Assembly: GCA_051294905.1 (NCBI GenBank)
Contig: CM119371.1
Coordinates: 1,242,001-1,306,000 of the forward strand
Reading direction: 5' to 3'
DNA from: Botryllus schlosseri
Taxonomy: Eukaryota
Length of the DNA: 64,000 bases
Both the position numbers and the translations under genes were made by a program. The notes below the pieces were generated by a model, which had not been told where the DNA came from, did no database searches, and was given only the letters and a program-made list of their open reading frames with translations. This document shows, piece after piece, positions 26,295 to 38,704 of this stretch. The stretch's first letter is position 1; every line of letters begins with the position of its first letter.

Positions 26295-26817
26295 TAGTGC
26301 TGGGCACAATGATTCGAGTACTCGAATCTGAATCGAGTATTAATTTTTATGATTCGAGTCGAGTAGTAAAAGACGATTTTTTCGAGTACTGAAATTATAC
26401 GCTCCTCGCCACTGAAAGTTGATTGATCAACGAGGAGTTTATCAACGATCAACGAGTTTATGCTAATTTCACTGTTGAAGCCTTGAAACCTTGATTGGCC
26501 GTATGAAACATGAAGTACAAAGCTACGAATGTTACTGGAAATTGCACATTTCCGAAGTCATGATCATCCCACAATATTGTCACAATGCAAGTGCAATGAA
26601 ATCGGTATGGTCGAAAAAAATATCAAAGTATCCTTAATATGATGGATAACAGGCATTATATTCTTTGTGGTCGCTTAAAAGGTACATATTCGAACTTTGA
26701 CAAATAATATTCTGTTATGACGTCATAATGAGTGATACTCGATTACTCGACTCGACTCGAAGCATTTTACGTGATTCAGAATCGAATCACTCAGGTACTC
26801 GATTTTGCCCAGCCCTA
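26295..26817. mobile_element. hAT-type MITE (ACTCGA family)
   Basis: Ends TAGTGCTGGGCA...TGCCCAGCCCTA. TSD CCTATTAC/CCTATTAA. Duplicate at 47248-47770. Confidence 0.85.
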
Positions 26818-27985
26818 CCTATTAACGTGGTAGCATCTTTATCGGCAGGCAGCTGTATCATTCAACAAATTGACAACTGACAGCCTATAACACGTTTTCG
26901 CATTATGATGCAACACACAACGCCACTTGATTGAAAAATCAGGACACCTTATTCAAAGCCTCGAATAACCATAGGGATGACCTTTTCCAACTTTCCGCGT
27001 TGCGATTAGCAGTATTTATTCACATGATTGCCATTTTTCTGGATCAACAAACTTCCTTATCTTCGCCCTAAGATCGCCAATTCCCGTTAAAATACTAGCA
27101 TCACCATACTACCATCACATTACCTCGGGTTAATTTCTACAAAATGTTTTGAAATAAGTATTTTATACCGCAGCGAATAACGTGTTGACATCGAAGAAAG
27201 AGGCACTGCCCCACTTTTGAAAGTGATAGTGAGAGCCATTTGTACATTGAAGATGCTTCAAATCTCTTTGGTGAAAATGATTAAATAAATATATTTGTAT
27301 ATGATAGCTACAAAATTAAATCTTCAGAATAATTCTTCATCGTATCATCAAGGATGATACTCTTTAGTGTCGCGATTCGTATCCTTACATGATGTTTTTA
27401 TGAAATGGGTTGCTTTGATCGGAATACCATCATGTTGAAGTTGATGGGCCAGATGGTTTGAGCCCGTACCCTATGGTTGTTACGACAACCTAGATTTGAT
27501 CCCGAATATAGCACATACAATTATCATAGCGTTAATTGGTCGAGTGGTCGTCGGGCAAGACAGCTATTTCCAATAGTGAAGTCACATAACCCAAAAATAA
27601 TGACCCAACTTCGAACTCTTACCCTTCGTTTTTACTGCCGTCCTAGAAATACGGGGACGCCAGACACTGGCAATTTTCGAAAGGGCGCTGCAGGATAAAA
27701 AGTTAAGAACCACTGTAGGCTACTATAGCCTCTACCATGTGTCACTTCTGTTTAAAAGTCTGTTTAAAAGTAGCTTTCACATATAATCTGTCCGAAACGC
27801 GTTGTAAGCTACTTTTGAATAGCCCCATACCACACTCGCATGAACACCCGAAAAATACAGCTAATTTGTTATTACAACCCAGTGCAAAATACGTCGTAAA
27901 CCCCAAGCTTCTTTCATTCTCAAATTCAGATAAGAAATTTAATATATTTGCTGGACCAGCACTGGTGAGAACCACTGCTGTACCG

Positions 27986-28668
27986 TAGGGCTCTTCAAAA
28001 ATGACTTTTTTCTCAAATAGCACCGTTGGCTACTTGATAAAACTGTTAGGTTACCGGTATGCCTACCTAATTTAAGCCTACACGCAAAATTTGGTTCAAT
28101 TCCAAGCAGTAGTCGCATTGCTACAGGAGAACAAAGTTTCTATTTATTATATAAAAATAAATACCGTAACAAAAAATTTGAAAATTTTCTGTTCACCCCA
28201 TGAAAGTGTTAGGTTGTCTGTAGAAACGATGTTCACCAAATTTGGTTCAATTCCAACCCAGTGGAAGCGGAGTTATTGCCGTCGAAAAATTTGGATTGTA
28301 TTAAAATAGTATTTACGGTGGGCGCCACTATAATAAATAATTAAAGAATTGGTCACTGTAAGTACTATTTTATTCATAATCCAAATTTTTCGACGGCAAT
28401 AACTCCGCTTCCACTGGTTGGAATTGAACCAAATTTGGTGAACATCGTTTCTATAGACAACCTGACACTTTCATGGGGTGAACAGAAAATTTTCAAATTT
28501 TTGTTATTTACTTTTACATAATAAATAGAAACTTTGTTTTCCTGTACCAATGCGGCTACTGCTTGGAATTGAACCAAATTTGGTGTGTAGGCTTGAATTA
28601 GGTAACCTGACAATTTTATCCAGTAGCCAGTGAGATTTGATAAAAAAAGTCATTTTTGAAGAGCCCTA
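27986..28668. mobile_element. Near-perfect 683-bp palindromic MITE
   Basis: TAGGGCTCTTCAAAAATGACTTTTT ... AAAAAGTCATTTTTGAAGAGCCCTA, with arms complementary over ~330 bp. Flanks CTGTACCG/CTGTACAG. Duplicate at 48939-49621. Confidence 0.9.
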
Positions 28669-30164
28669 CTGTACAGTACATGTAGCCTACATGTACAACT
28701 GTACAGTACATGGTGTTCTGCTCGTGCAGGTTGCATGCTATATATTGGTACTGGATTTTCTTAAGAAACTACATGCCATTTTCAGGGTGCGTATTATACA
28801 TGGGAGCGTAATATACATAGAAAATTACGATACCGACCAATAAACCGCGGTAACTTTGGATAATTTTTGACAATTTCGCTCTATTTCTTGGAAAGGCTAC
28901 AGTCCAGGGGAGCCAAGTTTTGTGTTTTTTGGGGTTATGGAGCAAAGATTAGAATTAACTAATACAAAATCTTTGTGGTCATAAATAAGTACCGTATTTT
29001 TGTAAATTATCTGTGACAATGTAGTTTTTTGAATGTCTTTACACTCTATGGCTTATGAAACCTCCTAAACAAGGCTTATTTGGTAAGAGCTGATGAGAGC
29101 AGTGGCTGAAATGAAAAAAAATGATATACGTCAGGCCTATTGCTATTACATGATTTTCACCTAATCCCCACCCCTAAAAAATAAAATTAAAATTAATACT
29201 TAGGTTCTTTATGAAGGCTGATGCCACCTTATCCATCCCCTATCTCAATTCCCCACATGTCTTCCCCAATTGGGAATTGAAAATAACACATGGTGAGAAA
29301 ATTATCCCACTGGTGGCGTCAGCAAACATTAGGCTTGTTACCGTGATTTATTGCTGATATCAAATATTTTACTCGTCTTTAAAATATGAAACTGCTTTCC
29401 ATTTTCTATGTCCTCTGATGGATATATTTTGTGGTAATTTATGCGACATTCAGCGGGCGTATCTTTAAGAGCATTTGATAAGTTTTAAAAGTAGCTTTCA
29501 CCCGCCTACAATCTAGCGGCTGATTGCTCACCCGTTTTTCAAATATTTTGGTAAACTCTAAATTTATTTAACTTGTCATTTCACGTAAAAAGCCATCAGG
29601 CAGGTCATAACGAATAAAGTTGACGATACACTTTGAAACAGATGAAACAGCAACTTTTCAGAGCTCTAAATATCACATTTTCCACTGTCCAAAGTTACCC
29701 CGTTCTGATAAAATATGATAGGGTAACTTTGGACATCATATTTTCTTATACTGATCTAAGGTTGAGCCCGCTGAGATTTTAGCCACGGATGAAGACTACT
29801 TAGAGGTATCTGCAGCCGAGTTTTGAATCTATGACTATGTTTGTTTGAAATAAATTCAATAACCATTAATTTTGATGAAATTCACCACCGCCGTTAATTT
29901 ATCAATGTTGGGTCTGGTTTATCTGGTGAAATGATTCCACTTTTTATTGAGACTACTTGTGGTACTGTTGCCTTATGAAAAAGAATATTGGACTTTCAAC
30001 GACAACCCTATTCCATCAATATTCAGTCAGTATCAGTATTTGGTTGTTATAAGATATAGAGTACCGGTAGCCTAATATTAGTATATCCTGATATGATAGC
30101 TGCAACTGCATTGTGAGGAAATGGATGCTCCGTCAATCATCTGATTGTTGATCCGCCAAAGACA

Positions 30165-33100
30165 ATGCCATACACCAGGAGAATGAGTACCGGTAATTTC
30201 ACAAGAACAGGCATCACGACAGCCCTAAAGAATACACTGAAGAGTTTGAAAATCTATAAAAATCCAAATCCAGCTAAGCGGGCACCAACAATATCTCTCC
30301 ACCATATACTCCACAGGATGGGATGCAGTGATTCAGCACCATCCGCAAATGTTCTGAATCGAAAATCCATCAGAGACCAAGACAAAAGATTTTGGAAATT
30401 TGGAACCATAAATGTCAGAACCATGAGAGAGGACGAGAAAGCATACGAGGTCGTCAAAGCAATATGCGACGCAGGCCTAGACATAGTCGGTTTACAAGAA
30501 GTGAAACGACTTGATAGAGGAGAAAAAATCATTGAGGCGAATGGATGTAAATACAAATTTTTCTGGCAAGGACACAAATCCATTCGTAAACATGGCGTAG
30601 GCATATTAATTCGACAGTGCAGCTTCATAAAGATTCGTGACGTGATTAACCTATCACCCAGATTGATTGTGGCAAAACTGACCGTGCACAACCTTGACTT
30701 AAAATTTATCATCAGCTATGCCCCGACGGAAGACAAAGCGTCATCAACCAAGGCCGAATTTTACAATAGTCTTTCCAAAATCTGCCAAGCAGATGACGGT
30801 GAAAAGAACCAAAAGATTATTGTAATGGGAGATATGAATGCTACGACGAACCTATGCGAAACGCACAGCTCTTTCAATGGTAAGAAAGGCATAATGAACT
30901 GCACATACAATGATAACGGTGATCGCCTGATCAACTTCTGCAGAGAGAAGGGCCTATGCGTCTCTAGCACGTTCTATATACATCACGAACGGCAGAAAAC
31001 AACATGGACTAGCCCCGATGGCAAAACGCGAAAGAAATTGGACTACATTCTTTGTGAATCTTGGCTGAGGCAATATATGGCCGACTGCTGTACAAAAAGA
31101 TCTATTCAAATAAATTCAGATCATACAATTCTAGTGGCAAAAATGAAAACACCATTTACTAGACAAGAACGTTTCAGACCACGGAAATTTAATAAAGCAA
31201 GAGAGATCGGGGCCCCGGACCTCGGCTACCTGAACAATACCGACTACAAAAACAGGCTAATCGAAGATGTAGAACAATCTCTTTCAACTGACTGCCAGGT
31301 AAAGGATGTGGACAGACTATACGAAAACCTAGCACTACCGATGCAAATGTCCACGGAGAACATACTCCCGAAATATAAGAAGGAAAAATTTGGAAACTTA
31401 TGGGAAAGTGATCAATCACTGAACGATTTGCTACAGAAACTGAAAGACGAGGGACGGAACAATCCGGACTCTCAAAGTGCCATAACACTCCTCAGAAAGA
31501 AGATTAGAAAAAGAAAAAACTTTTTGATGAACAGGCACTGGAAAACTGAAGCAGAAAAAATAAATCTAAATGCGATAAACAGGGAAACCGCAACTCTGTT
31601 CAAAAACGCAAAGACACACGGTTGTACTCTGGGTAAAGGCAATACCACAATTTCCTGCCAGGCGAGTAAACTGGCTGAATTCTTCAAAAACCATTTTGAC
31701 GCACAAGGAAATGAGAAATCGGTTGGGATGCCAAATGATCTGGAAAACATTCCAGATGCTGTAAAGTTGATGCAAGAAAATAGCTCCACCATCGATGAAG
31801 ACCCACCAACACTCGAGGAAATTACACGAGCTATTGAAAAGCTGAAGCGTAAGAAATCCAGTTCAGACGTACCACCGGAGATTTTGAGAGCAATGGCGTC
31901 ATCCAAATTGATCATGGACAAAATTACAGAATTGTTCCAAAAAATATGGGAGATTGAAAAATTACCCCAATCATTCGGCCACAGCAAGCTAACTGCCATA
32001 TGGAAGAACAAAGGAAGCAGAACCGATCCATCGACATATCGCGCTATTCAAGTTGGAAGCGTATTCTGCAAACTGTTAATACAAATAATCATATCAAGAA
32101 TAGAAGAATGGTACAACAAGCAAATTCTCGAATTCCAATGTGGTTTTAGAAAAGGGAAGGGAACCACCGACTGCATATATGTCACGAAGCAGTCTCAAAT
32201 CATTGCTGAAAAAACTGATAAACAAACATATGCCTTGTTTGTCGATCTCTCCTCTGCGTTCGACCACGTTAACAGAACCTGGCTAATTCAGTCGCTACGA
32301 AATCGAATCGATGAGGAAAAGGGAACAAAAATCATCAACTTACTTGCCTCTCTATATCGATGTACAACAACCGAACTGAAAAGCCACCCTAACCTAACTT
32401 TTCCCACAAAATCTGGAGTTCGACAGGGCGGACCCGAATCCCCTATCCTCTTCAATCTTTATATGGACTATGCCGTGAGAGTCTTCCTACACAGATCGAA
32501 ACTAGCCGATATCGCTTTCAGCCAGTATCATTTTCGCACACCGGACTATGCACGAGAAGATAAAAGGGACAAGAACTACCAAGGAACCGCTATCAACATG
32601 GGCTCAGGCTATGCGGACGATCTTGAATTCTTTTTTAAAGACCAAACTTCACTTCAGGAAGGTCTAAAACTGCTATCAGAAGTTCTTACTGAGTTTGGAT
32701 TACAAATTAATGAGTCGAAAACAAAAACTATGATATTTAACCACAATGAGGAACTGACTTACCCGACTTCAATCTGCTCTCTACACAATCATGATATTGA
32801 AAACGTGAAAACTTTCAAATACCTTGGTTGCATGATTCACTATAACGAAACGAATGTGGGGATATCCGAAATCAATAATAGGGTCAGCTCGGCACATGCT
32901 GCTTTCCAAACCTATAAATACCTGCTTCGAAACTTCAGAATTTGGATTGGTACAAGAATAAAATTTTTGAATGCCTTTGTGCGAAGTCGACTCACATATG
33001 GCTGCAGTGTATGGTCTCTTTCGGAAAATCAAAGAAGCGTCCTGGATGTCTGCTACAGACAATTTTTGCGAAAAATGGTACACGGAGGCTACACTCGAAG

Positions 33101-33374
33101 GGGAACCGATCACGCATTCAAAATTAGCAATCAGAATCTTCATAGAATCTGTCGCACTGAAGACCTTTCAGTATTCATTGATCACCAACAAGCTAAATTT
33201 CTTGCACACATAATTCGAAAACCTAATGACAGTGTCGTGAAGTCAATAACGTTTGAAGATGAAAGGAGAACGAAAAAAGGAAGACCCTCCGCAACGCTGA
33301 TGAGCAATGTCCTCAACCGGAACGACACCGACATCAGGACATTCTCAAAAGCAGCACTTTCAAGGGAAATTTAA
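30165..33374 (+). CDS. Intact APE endonuclease-reverse transcriptase ORF (1069 aa) of a non-LTR retrotransposon, RTE-like, copy A
   Basis: APE motifs GTINVRT, GLQE, YAPT, MGDMNA, LDYIL, SDH. RT motifs QCGFRKG, FVDLSSAFDHV, GVRQGGPESPILFNLYMD, YADD, FKYLG. Single ORF with no ORF1 evident. Confidence 0.95.
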   Translation: MPYTRRMSTGNFTRTGITTALKNTLKSLKIYKNPNPAKRAPTISLHHILHRMGCSDSAPSANVLNRKSIRDQDKRFWKFGTINVRTMREDEKAYEVVKAICDAGLDIVGLQEVKRLDRGEKIIEANGCKYKFFWQGHKSIRKHGVGILIRQCSFIKIRDVINLSPRLIVAKLTVHNLDLKFIISYAPTEDKASSTKAEFYNSLSKICQADDGEKNQKIIVMGDMNATTNLCETHSSFNGKKGIMNCTYNDNGDRLINFCREKGLCVSSTFYIHHERQKTTWTSPDGKTRKKLDYILCESWLRQYMADCCTKRSIQINSDHTILVAKMKTPFTRQERFRPRKFNKAREIGAPDLGYLNNTDYKNRLIEDVEQSLSTDCQVKDVDRLYENLALPMQMSTENILPKYKKEKFGNLWESDQSLNDLLQKLKDEGRNNPDSQSAITLLRKKIRKRKNFLMNRHWKTEAEKINLNAINRETATLFKNAKTHGCTLGKGNTTISCQASKLAEFFKNHFDAQGNEKSVGMPNDLENIPDAVKLMQENSSTIDEDPPTLEEITRAIEKLKRKKSSSDVPPEILRAMASSKLIMDKITELFQKIWEIEKLPQSFGHSKLTAIWKNKGSRTDPSTYRAIQVGSVFCKLLIQIIISRIEEWYNKQILEFQCGFRKGKGTTDCIYVTKQSQIIAEKTDKQTYALFVDLSSAFDHVNRTWLIQSLRNRIDEEKGTKIINLLASLYRCTTTELKSHPNLTFPTKSGVRQGGPESPILFNLYMDYAVRVFLHRSKLADIAFSQYHFRTPDYAREDKRDKNYQGTAINMGSGYADDLEFFFKDQTSLQEGLKLLSEVLTEFGLQINESKTKTMIFNHNEELTYPTSICSLHNHDIENVKTFKYLGCMIHYNETNVGISEINNRVSSAHAAFQTYKYLLRNFRIWIGTRIKFLNAFVRSRLTYGCSVWSLSENQRSVLDVCYRQFLRKMVHGGYTRRGTDHAFKISNQNLHRICRTEDLSVFIDHQQAKFLAHIIRKPNDSVVKSITFEDERRTKKGRPSATLMSNVLNRNDTDIRTFSKAALSREI

Positions 33375-33483
33375 TTTATAACCTAAATCTTTGATGCTCT
33401 CTCATTTTTGATGGATACTTCCATCACCTCGGTGATGGTGCTCTAAGTCTGAACGCAGACAGAGCTAGACCTATATATATATA
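33375..33483 (+). mobile_element. LINE 3' UTR with a stem-loop and (TA)n tail
   Basis: CCATCACC-TC-GGTGATGG hairpin at 33421-33438. TATATATATATA tail at about 33472-33483. Confidence 0.7.
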
Positions 33484-33749
33484 ATCATTTGAATCTTTTA
33501 CTGCTTGCTGTCCAAGTTACCCCTAGTTCAAAGTTACCCCGGTTTTTATTAAACCCCGGTTTACGGTTAATAAATTTTATAAACGAAACAGCCTATAACC
33601 TAGAACAGTTTTTAAAAGTAGGTGATTTTGAGAGACGTGAGTGAAAAAAAGTGTTAGAGATCCAGCGCTATACAAGCAAACCCATTGAGTATACAGATAC
33701 AAAAATTTTGAATGCCACAGAAAAGTAGAGGGATAACGCTAACGATTAC

Positions 33750-34586
33750 TAGGGCAAGTTTTCGTTGCTGTAAAATCGCGAGAAAGTTGCACTTACTTTT
33801 GACAGAAGTTGCAGTAAAAAATTGCATTCATAATTTTTGTTGAACTAGTAGGATATGTGATACTTGAAAGGTTCTGTTGTATAACCTAGTTCCTGCAGAG
33901 CTATCAAATTTGTTACTCTGCCATTTCACGAACATTCTGGTAAGACAGTCAAAAATTATATTTTTTCCCGGTACACATCTAGAAAATTACGCAATGCATG
34001 AATAATTTTCCCCAAAAAGTCAAACAGCATAGCGATAAACCCCTGCCCCTAAAACAAGTCAAATAACAACCCCCTAGGTCTGCAAACTTGAGCCAAGGTG
34101 TTGCGGAAAAATCAGTCTTGGCAACTGTAACAAATTCAAAGGACTGAATAAACTGACCCAATGAAAATGTAATTATCGGCGATCTCACATTAGCGTCCGT
34201 GAAATGGAAAACCATCTCGAATTTAAACGACAGAATTACTTAAGCGATCTATTTACATATTGTTCCAACACTGTCGTGCTTGGCAGAGGCTGTTGAACTT
34301 CTTTTACTTGCAAGCCATTGTGTCACAGATAACACAGTGACATGCAGCTAACGCATCATATAGCTCTTTGGGATGCAAAAAGAGAATAGAAGCATACTAG
34401 AAATAATTTGAAGCATGTTTTCAAATCACTCCTTTACATTTTGACGCAATATTTGATAAAAATTGCAGTAAAAAGAAAAATAGTGAAAAGTTGCACTATA
34501 AAATCCCCCCAAACAGCTTAAAACATCGCTGTACATAGATTCTGAGATCTAGGAAGCTGTAAAAAGACTTGCAAAAACTTGCCCTA
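33750..34586 (+). mobile_element. Non-autonomous DNA element with TAGGGCAAGTTTT TIRs
   Basis: TAGGGCAAGTTTT ... AAAACTTGCCCTA. Paralogous to 25240-26102. Duplicate at 54703-55539. Confidence 0.8.
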
Positions 34587-36629
34587 CTCGTATACCTTTG
34601 GTCTAGTCTTTAGAGTGGCCAAAAAGATATGTTTAACTCTTTGGTTGGGAAATCAATGGAAAAAGTTTGGGAACCCCTGACCTACAGAAGATATGATGGT
34701 CATAGCAAAAATACATTATTATTGCTGATCAATATGTTGCCAGCACTAATCCTAGTAAAGAAATGGTGATTATGGATACGAAGTAATATTCATAGCCCGT
34801 TGAAGATTTTTGTCATATTGATTGTTACTGGGTGATTCTCTATCAAATCAACCATTTAGTGGTCTCCCAATCATGAAGTTCACTTACTCTAATATTGAAT
34901 GCTTGAGATGGTGCTGGTCATAAAACAGCTTAGTCAGATCACCTCGTCTAAAGATACAATAGATGAACCTCTTGAACCAGACGATAAAATGAGCTCAAGG
35001 GTAGAACCTGCTTAGACAATTCTCAAAAACAAGTCAACAACGTAAAATTAGAATATTGTTGGTGTAATTCTGTCTACAGAAATATTGCATACCGGTGCGC
35101 TAGTTTCAAGAAAAACAATTCGTCTACTTTTGCCTACGATACATTACTGTCGCAACTTTAAAATTCCAATACATATTTATTAATATCTCATTTGCATAGC
35201 ATTCAGTGCTACCATATAGCTTTCATATGACACGGTTAATCAAAATTTGAAAGTTGACAAAAATGAGAAGGATACTCCTGTGATTTCCATGAGCAATGAC
35301 ATCAAACTTGAGTTACATGCTGGTTCCGGAACACGAATAACACTAATAACTTGAAAGATATGTCTATGATATATGTTCATTCACGGGTCTCCATCGAGTT
35401 CCGCGCCTCAATTAGGTTTTTTTTTGATGTGGCGTTCAAGTCTTGCATACCACTACTCGAAGTGCTATACTGTGACACTAGTTCCAAAAGGTTGAGAACT
35501 ATACTGATATGAAAGTCTGGTTGTTTAAAATATTCGAACCAGTCATTGTCCTCAATTAGGCTACTCGTCTGCGAATACACAGAAATTTCAGCTATGGGCA
35601 TATTCTCGACTTAGGGTCACATCAGTATGACGAGCCAGATATCGGCGTGACTCCATGTAACCTACAGAAACTGCGATGTTACATCCCAATCTAATGCTGG
35701 CTTGGCGTTTGAGCTTAATTTCTCTGTCGCTCTCTCCTGACCCACCTCCCTATTCCGCAAAAACATATCTGTTGTTACCTGGCTGTTATTGAAAAAAGCT
35801 ACTGAGCCCGGCGGCGGACTAGTCTCTTTAAGTTCAACAGCATTTCTATCGAATATTTTTCCAAGGAAACTGGGGAAACGAGGGTTTTTACTGTTGTTGT
35901 TGCCGTCACGGTAGCTCGAGTTATTGCATTATGACGTAACCCTCTTCACAGAGAGTTTAACCTTAGGTCACGGGAAAGTGATGCGGCGACATTGCGTATA
36001 AATAATAAATATAGTGATTGCGGGATGGAGTGACGACTGAATTCAAATCCCCGATTGATATTCATCCGCGACCGATTTTGGTGTTGAGATGACAATGATT
36101 AGCATCAGGATTTGGGAAAACAGCATTTGAGAAATTTTGGTGGATTAGGATTCTGATTGGATTTACCGATTTTCGGAAGATTGATGTCCTGTGGCCAGTG
36201 GCGGCTCGTCCTATAGGGCAACTGGGGCATTGCCCCACCTAAAATTCTGTTCAATAACAATTTAACCATTTATAGACGCACAGCAATCAGTATATACCGA
36301 GATCACGGCGAAACCCGCATTATTCTTGTGCTTTCGCTAACAAATGCCCATACATAGCGAAGTCTCTGCGAAAATCGAATTCTCTTCTGTGTTTTCGCTT
36401 TGTGAATGCCTAGCCGGGGCTTGCCCCGGTAGCGCTCATAACAAGCTTTCACTATCTATTCTCTCAAAGCCGCGCACAATAAAGAAACGGTGATTTACTC
36501 TCTCCTATTCGTAAAATGGCCGAGCAAGTGGGGCAACTATGCCTGTCGCCCTTAAGGTGTGATGTAACAATCGTATCTATATCTGAACTCGGTTACCGTG
36601 ATATGCGTTGACTCGACCTTTGCTGGTAT

Positions 36630-37660
36630 AGGTCGATTTTGACGGTGTTTCGCACCATGATAATTCTTGAAACTTGGTACGATATGTCGTGAAGGTAGTA
36701 TTTAGCACTGCTCCAAGTTTCAGGCTTGCTACTCAAAGATAAGGGAGGTAATTTCGTTTCCGAAGTTCAGTGTGTGCTGATCTATCATGTACATTGTACA
36801 GCAAACAGATTTTACTCAAAAGCCGGTATTGGTCTTCATTGATTTTGACGATGTTCCATACCGAGATCGGTCATGATATTTGGCACAGTAAGTCTTAATG
36901 TTAGTATCGACCGCTGTAATAAGTTTTAGGTTTTTCACTGAACTATGTGGGTGGTAATTTCGTTTCCAAAGTCGAGTGAGAGCTGACTCTTCATTTATCG
37001 CTAACAGATTTACGCAAAAGCCGTTAATGGTCTCTATTGATTTTAACGATGATCCATACCTAGATCTGTCATGAGCTTTTGCACGGTATGTCTTGATTTT
37101 AGTATCGAACGCGGTGCCAAGTCTTAAAGTTGACGCTCAATGATTGAGGCAGTTATTTCGTTTTCGAGGTCGAGTATGGTAGAGATGCGCGCTGATCTGA
37201 TACTTAGCCTACCTACATCATTGCGGATCTCACGGAAAAGCCGGTGTCTGTCTGTGCTAATCTAGTCTGCGTTCCATAACGAGATCGGTGATGATAGTTC
37301 CAATGGTATATCTCGATGATCGCATGAAACAGCTAACTAAGATTCTCGGTTTGCATTCAAATATTCACATAATTTTATGTTCGCCAATGTGCATTTCACT
37401 GTGAAATTTTGGCCTTCAAACCATTTGCTTACAATCCCCTGTCAAATGCGATAGCTATTTCATTTTCGATGTCGGCTAACAGCTGATCATTCGATCAGCC
37501 TATTCCTCGATCTATTTTACTCAAAGTTCGGTGTTCGTCTGTTTGTATTGATTTTGACAGTGTACCATGCCGGAATGGGTTATGAGATTGCGAATGCTAC
37601 TTCTCGATGATTTCATGTAACAGTATGCTAAGTTTACGGCTTTCATTCATGTATTTATTG
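36630..37660 (+). repeat. Degenerate ~200-bp tandem repeat (about 5 units) inside the hAT element
   Basis: Units begin gattttgacg/gattttaacg at about 36635, 36841, 37039 and 37550, with a diverged unit near 37260. Shared ccatacc.agatc.gtcatga, aatttcgtttcc and aaaagccg. Confidence 0.75.
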
Positions 37661-38198
37661 ATTAATATATTTTCCAACGGCGATTTGGCAGCAGACAGTA
37701 AGCCGTATGTGTTGCGTCACAATCTCCAGTTTCAAGGCCAAAATGTACTATGTTGTTCCGAGACCGAAGTTCCGAGGCTGCTGTCCTTAGTTCTTCAAAG
37801 ACCATTCAAATTGATGTTCTGGATTCAATATGACAGGCCCAATCTATGAGATAACAATTGCGTATGTGTCCGAAGTCGTTGACCTTTGCAGTTAGGCTTA
37901 CGCAATCTCTCGAGTTCTAGTCATTGGAATTAGTCTGGTCAAGTCAAGTGCGAACATGAATCGTATTGAATCTTTGCTCCGTACGTACGCTAGTTTACGC
38001 AGTTGCCTTTAGAGCGAAAATTAAAGGTCTAGAAGACTACTCCTTGTCACTTCGACATATTCCTGTCTTTTCATTGTATCGCATTTTTGTGGTGTATTGA
38101 ACTGATAAAATTGCTAATAAACCAATGATGATGATGATAGAAATTGTCCAGTCCATTGATCCAATCGTACGCCGGGTACCTCCGCTTTGGTTGCCTAT

Positions 38199-38704
38199 CA
38201 GTGATGAGCGGATAGTGCTTTTTGAGACTCCGAATCCCTCCGACAACTTTAGTGTCTGAGGAAAACTCCCTCCGACTCCGAAGAGCTCAATCCCAGACTC
38301 CTAGATACTCCGATGAATCTCGTCAAGTATCCGAAACAGTGGCAAGCATGGTACACTTTGTAATGTGTTTTACTAAATTAATGTGATAATAGGGTTGGCC
38401 TCATAGTATTGTCTACTCTCCAGTCCCCAATTGCAGTGCATATGGCTGATTTTTTTGCACTTGGCAATCATCTTTGCATGTTACCCGTCATATTACAACT
38501 TTACAAGGTGTCAACTCTCTGCGTTTTGGTTTGTAATCATAATCAAGAGTGTATTCTGGCCAGAGCTATCCAAAGATATCGGAGACAAAAGTTACAATAC
38601 TCCAAAATTCTCCGAAAAAATATCTGTAGTAAACTCCGACTCCGCTCCGACTGTCACAAAATCGGCAAAACTCCGCTCCGAATCCACTCCGATGCTCATC
38701 ACTG
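38199..38704. mobile_element. Nested hAT MITE with ACTCCG repeats
   Basis: TIR CAGTGATGAGC / GCTCATCACTG. Perfect TSD TTGCCTAT at 38191-38198 and 38705-38712. Duplicate at 59152-59657. Confidence 0.9.

Larger units (their letters stand above)
28831..33569. mobile_element. Older DNA element with GGTAACTTTGGA/TCCAAAGTTACC motifs, apparently interrupted by the LINE
   Basis: The motif occurs at about 28849, as a 15-bp inverted pair at 29687-29735, and again after the LINE tail (33510-33569, ending ccccggtttacggtta). Confidence 0.5.

Noticed and set aside
24923..27715. Single hAT element bounded by CAGTGTTTCTTAAC and GTTAAGAACCACTG
   Set aside because: The ends are compatible but the flanking 8-mers (CACTATTC vs TAGGCTAC) do not match, so the pairing is unsupported.
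30254..33213. Antisense and alternate-frame ORFs of 61-179 aa inside the LINE (also in copy B)
   Set aside because: Shadow ORFs of the long APE-RT frame with no domain motifs.
35377..35601. 74-aa minus ORF as the NLR N-terminal exon
   Set aside because: An acceptor and a phase-1 donor can be found, but there is no recognisable domain and no independent support.
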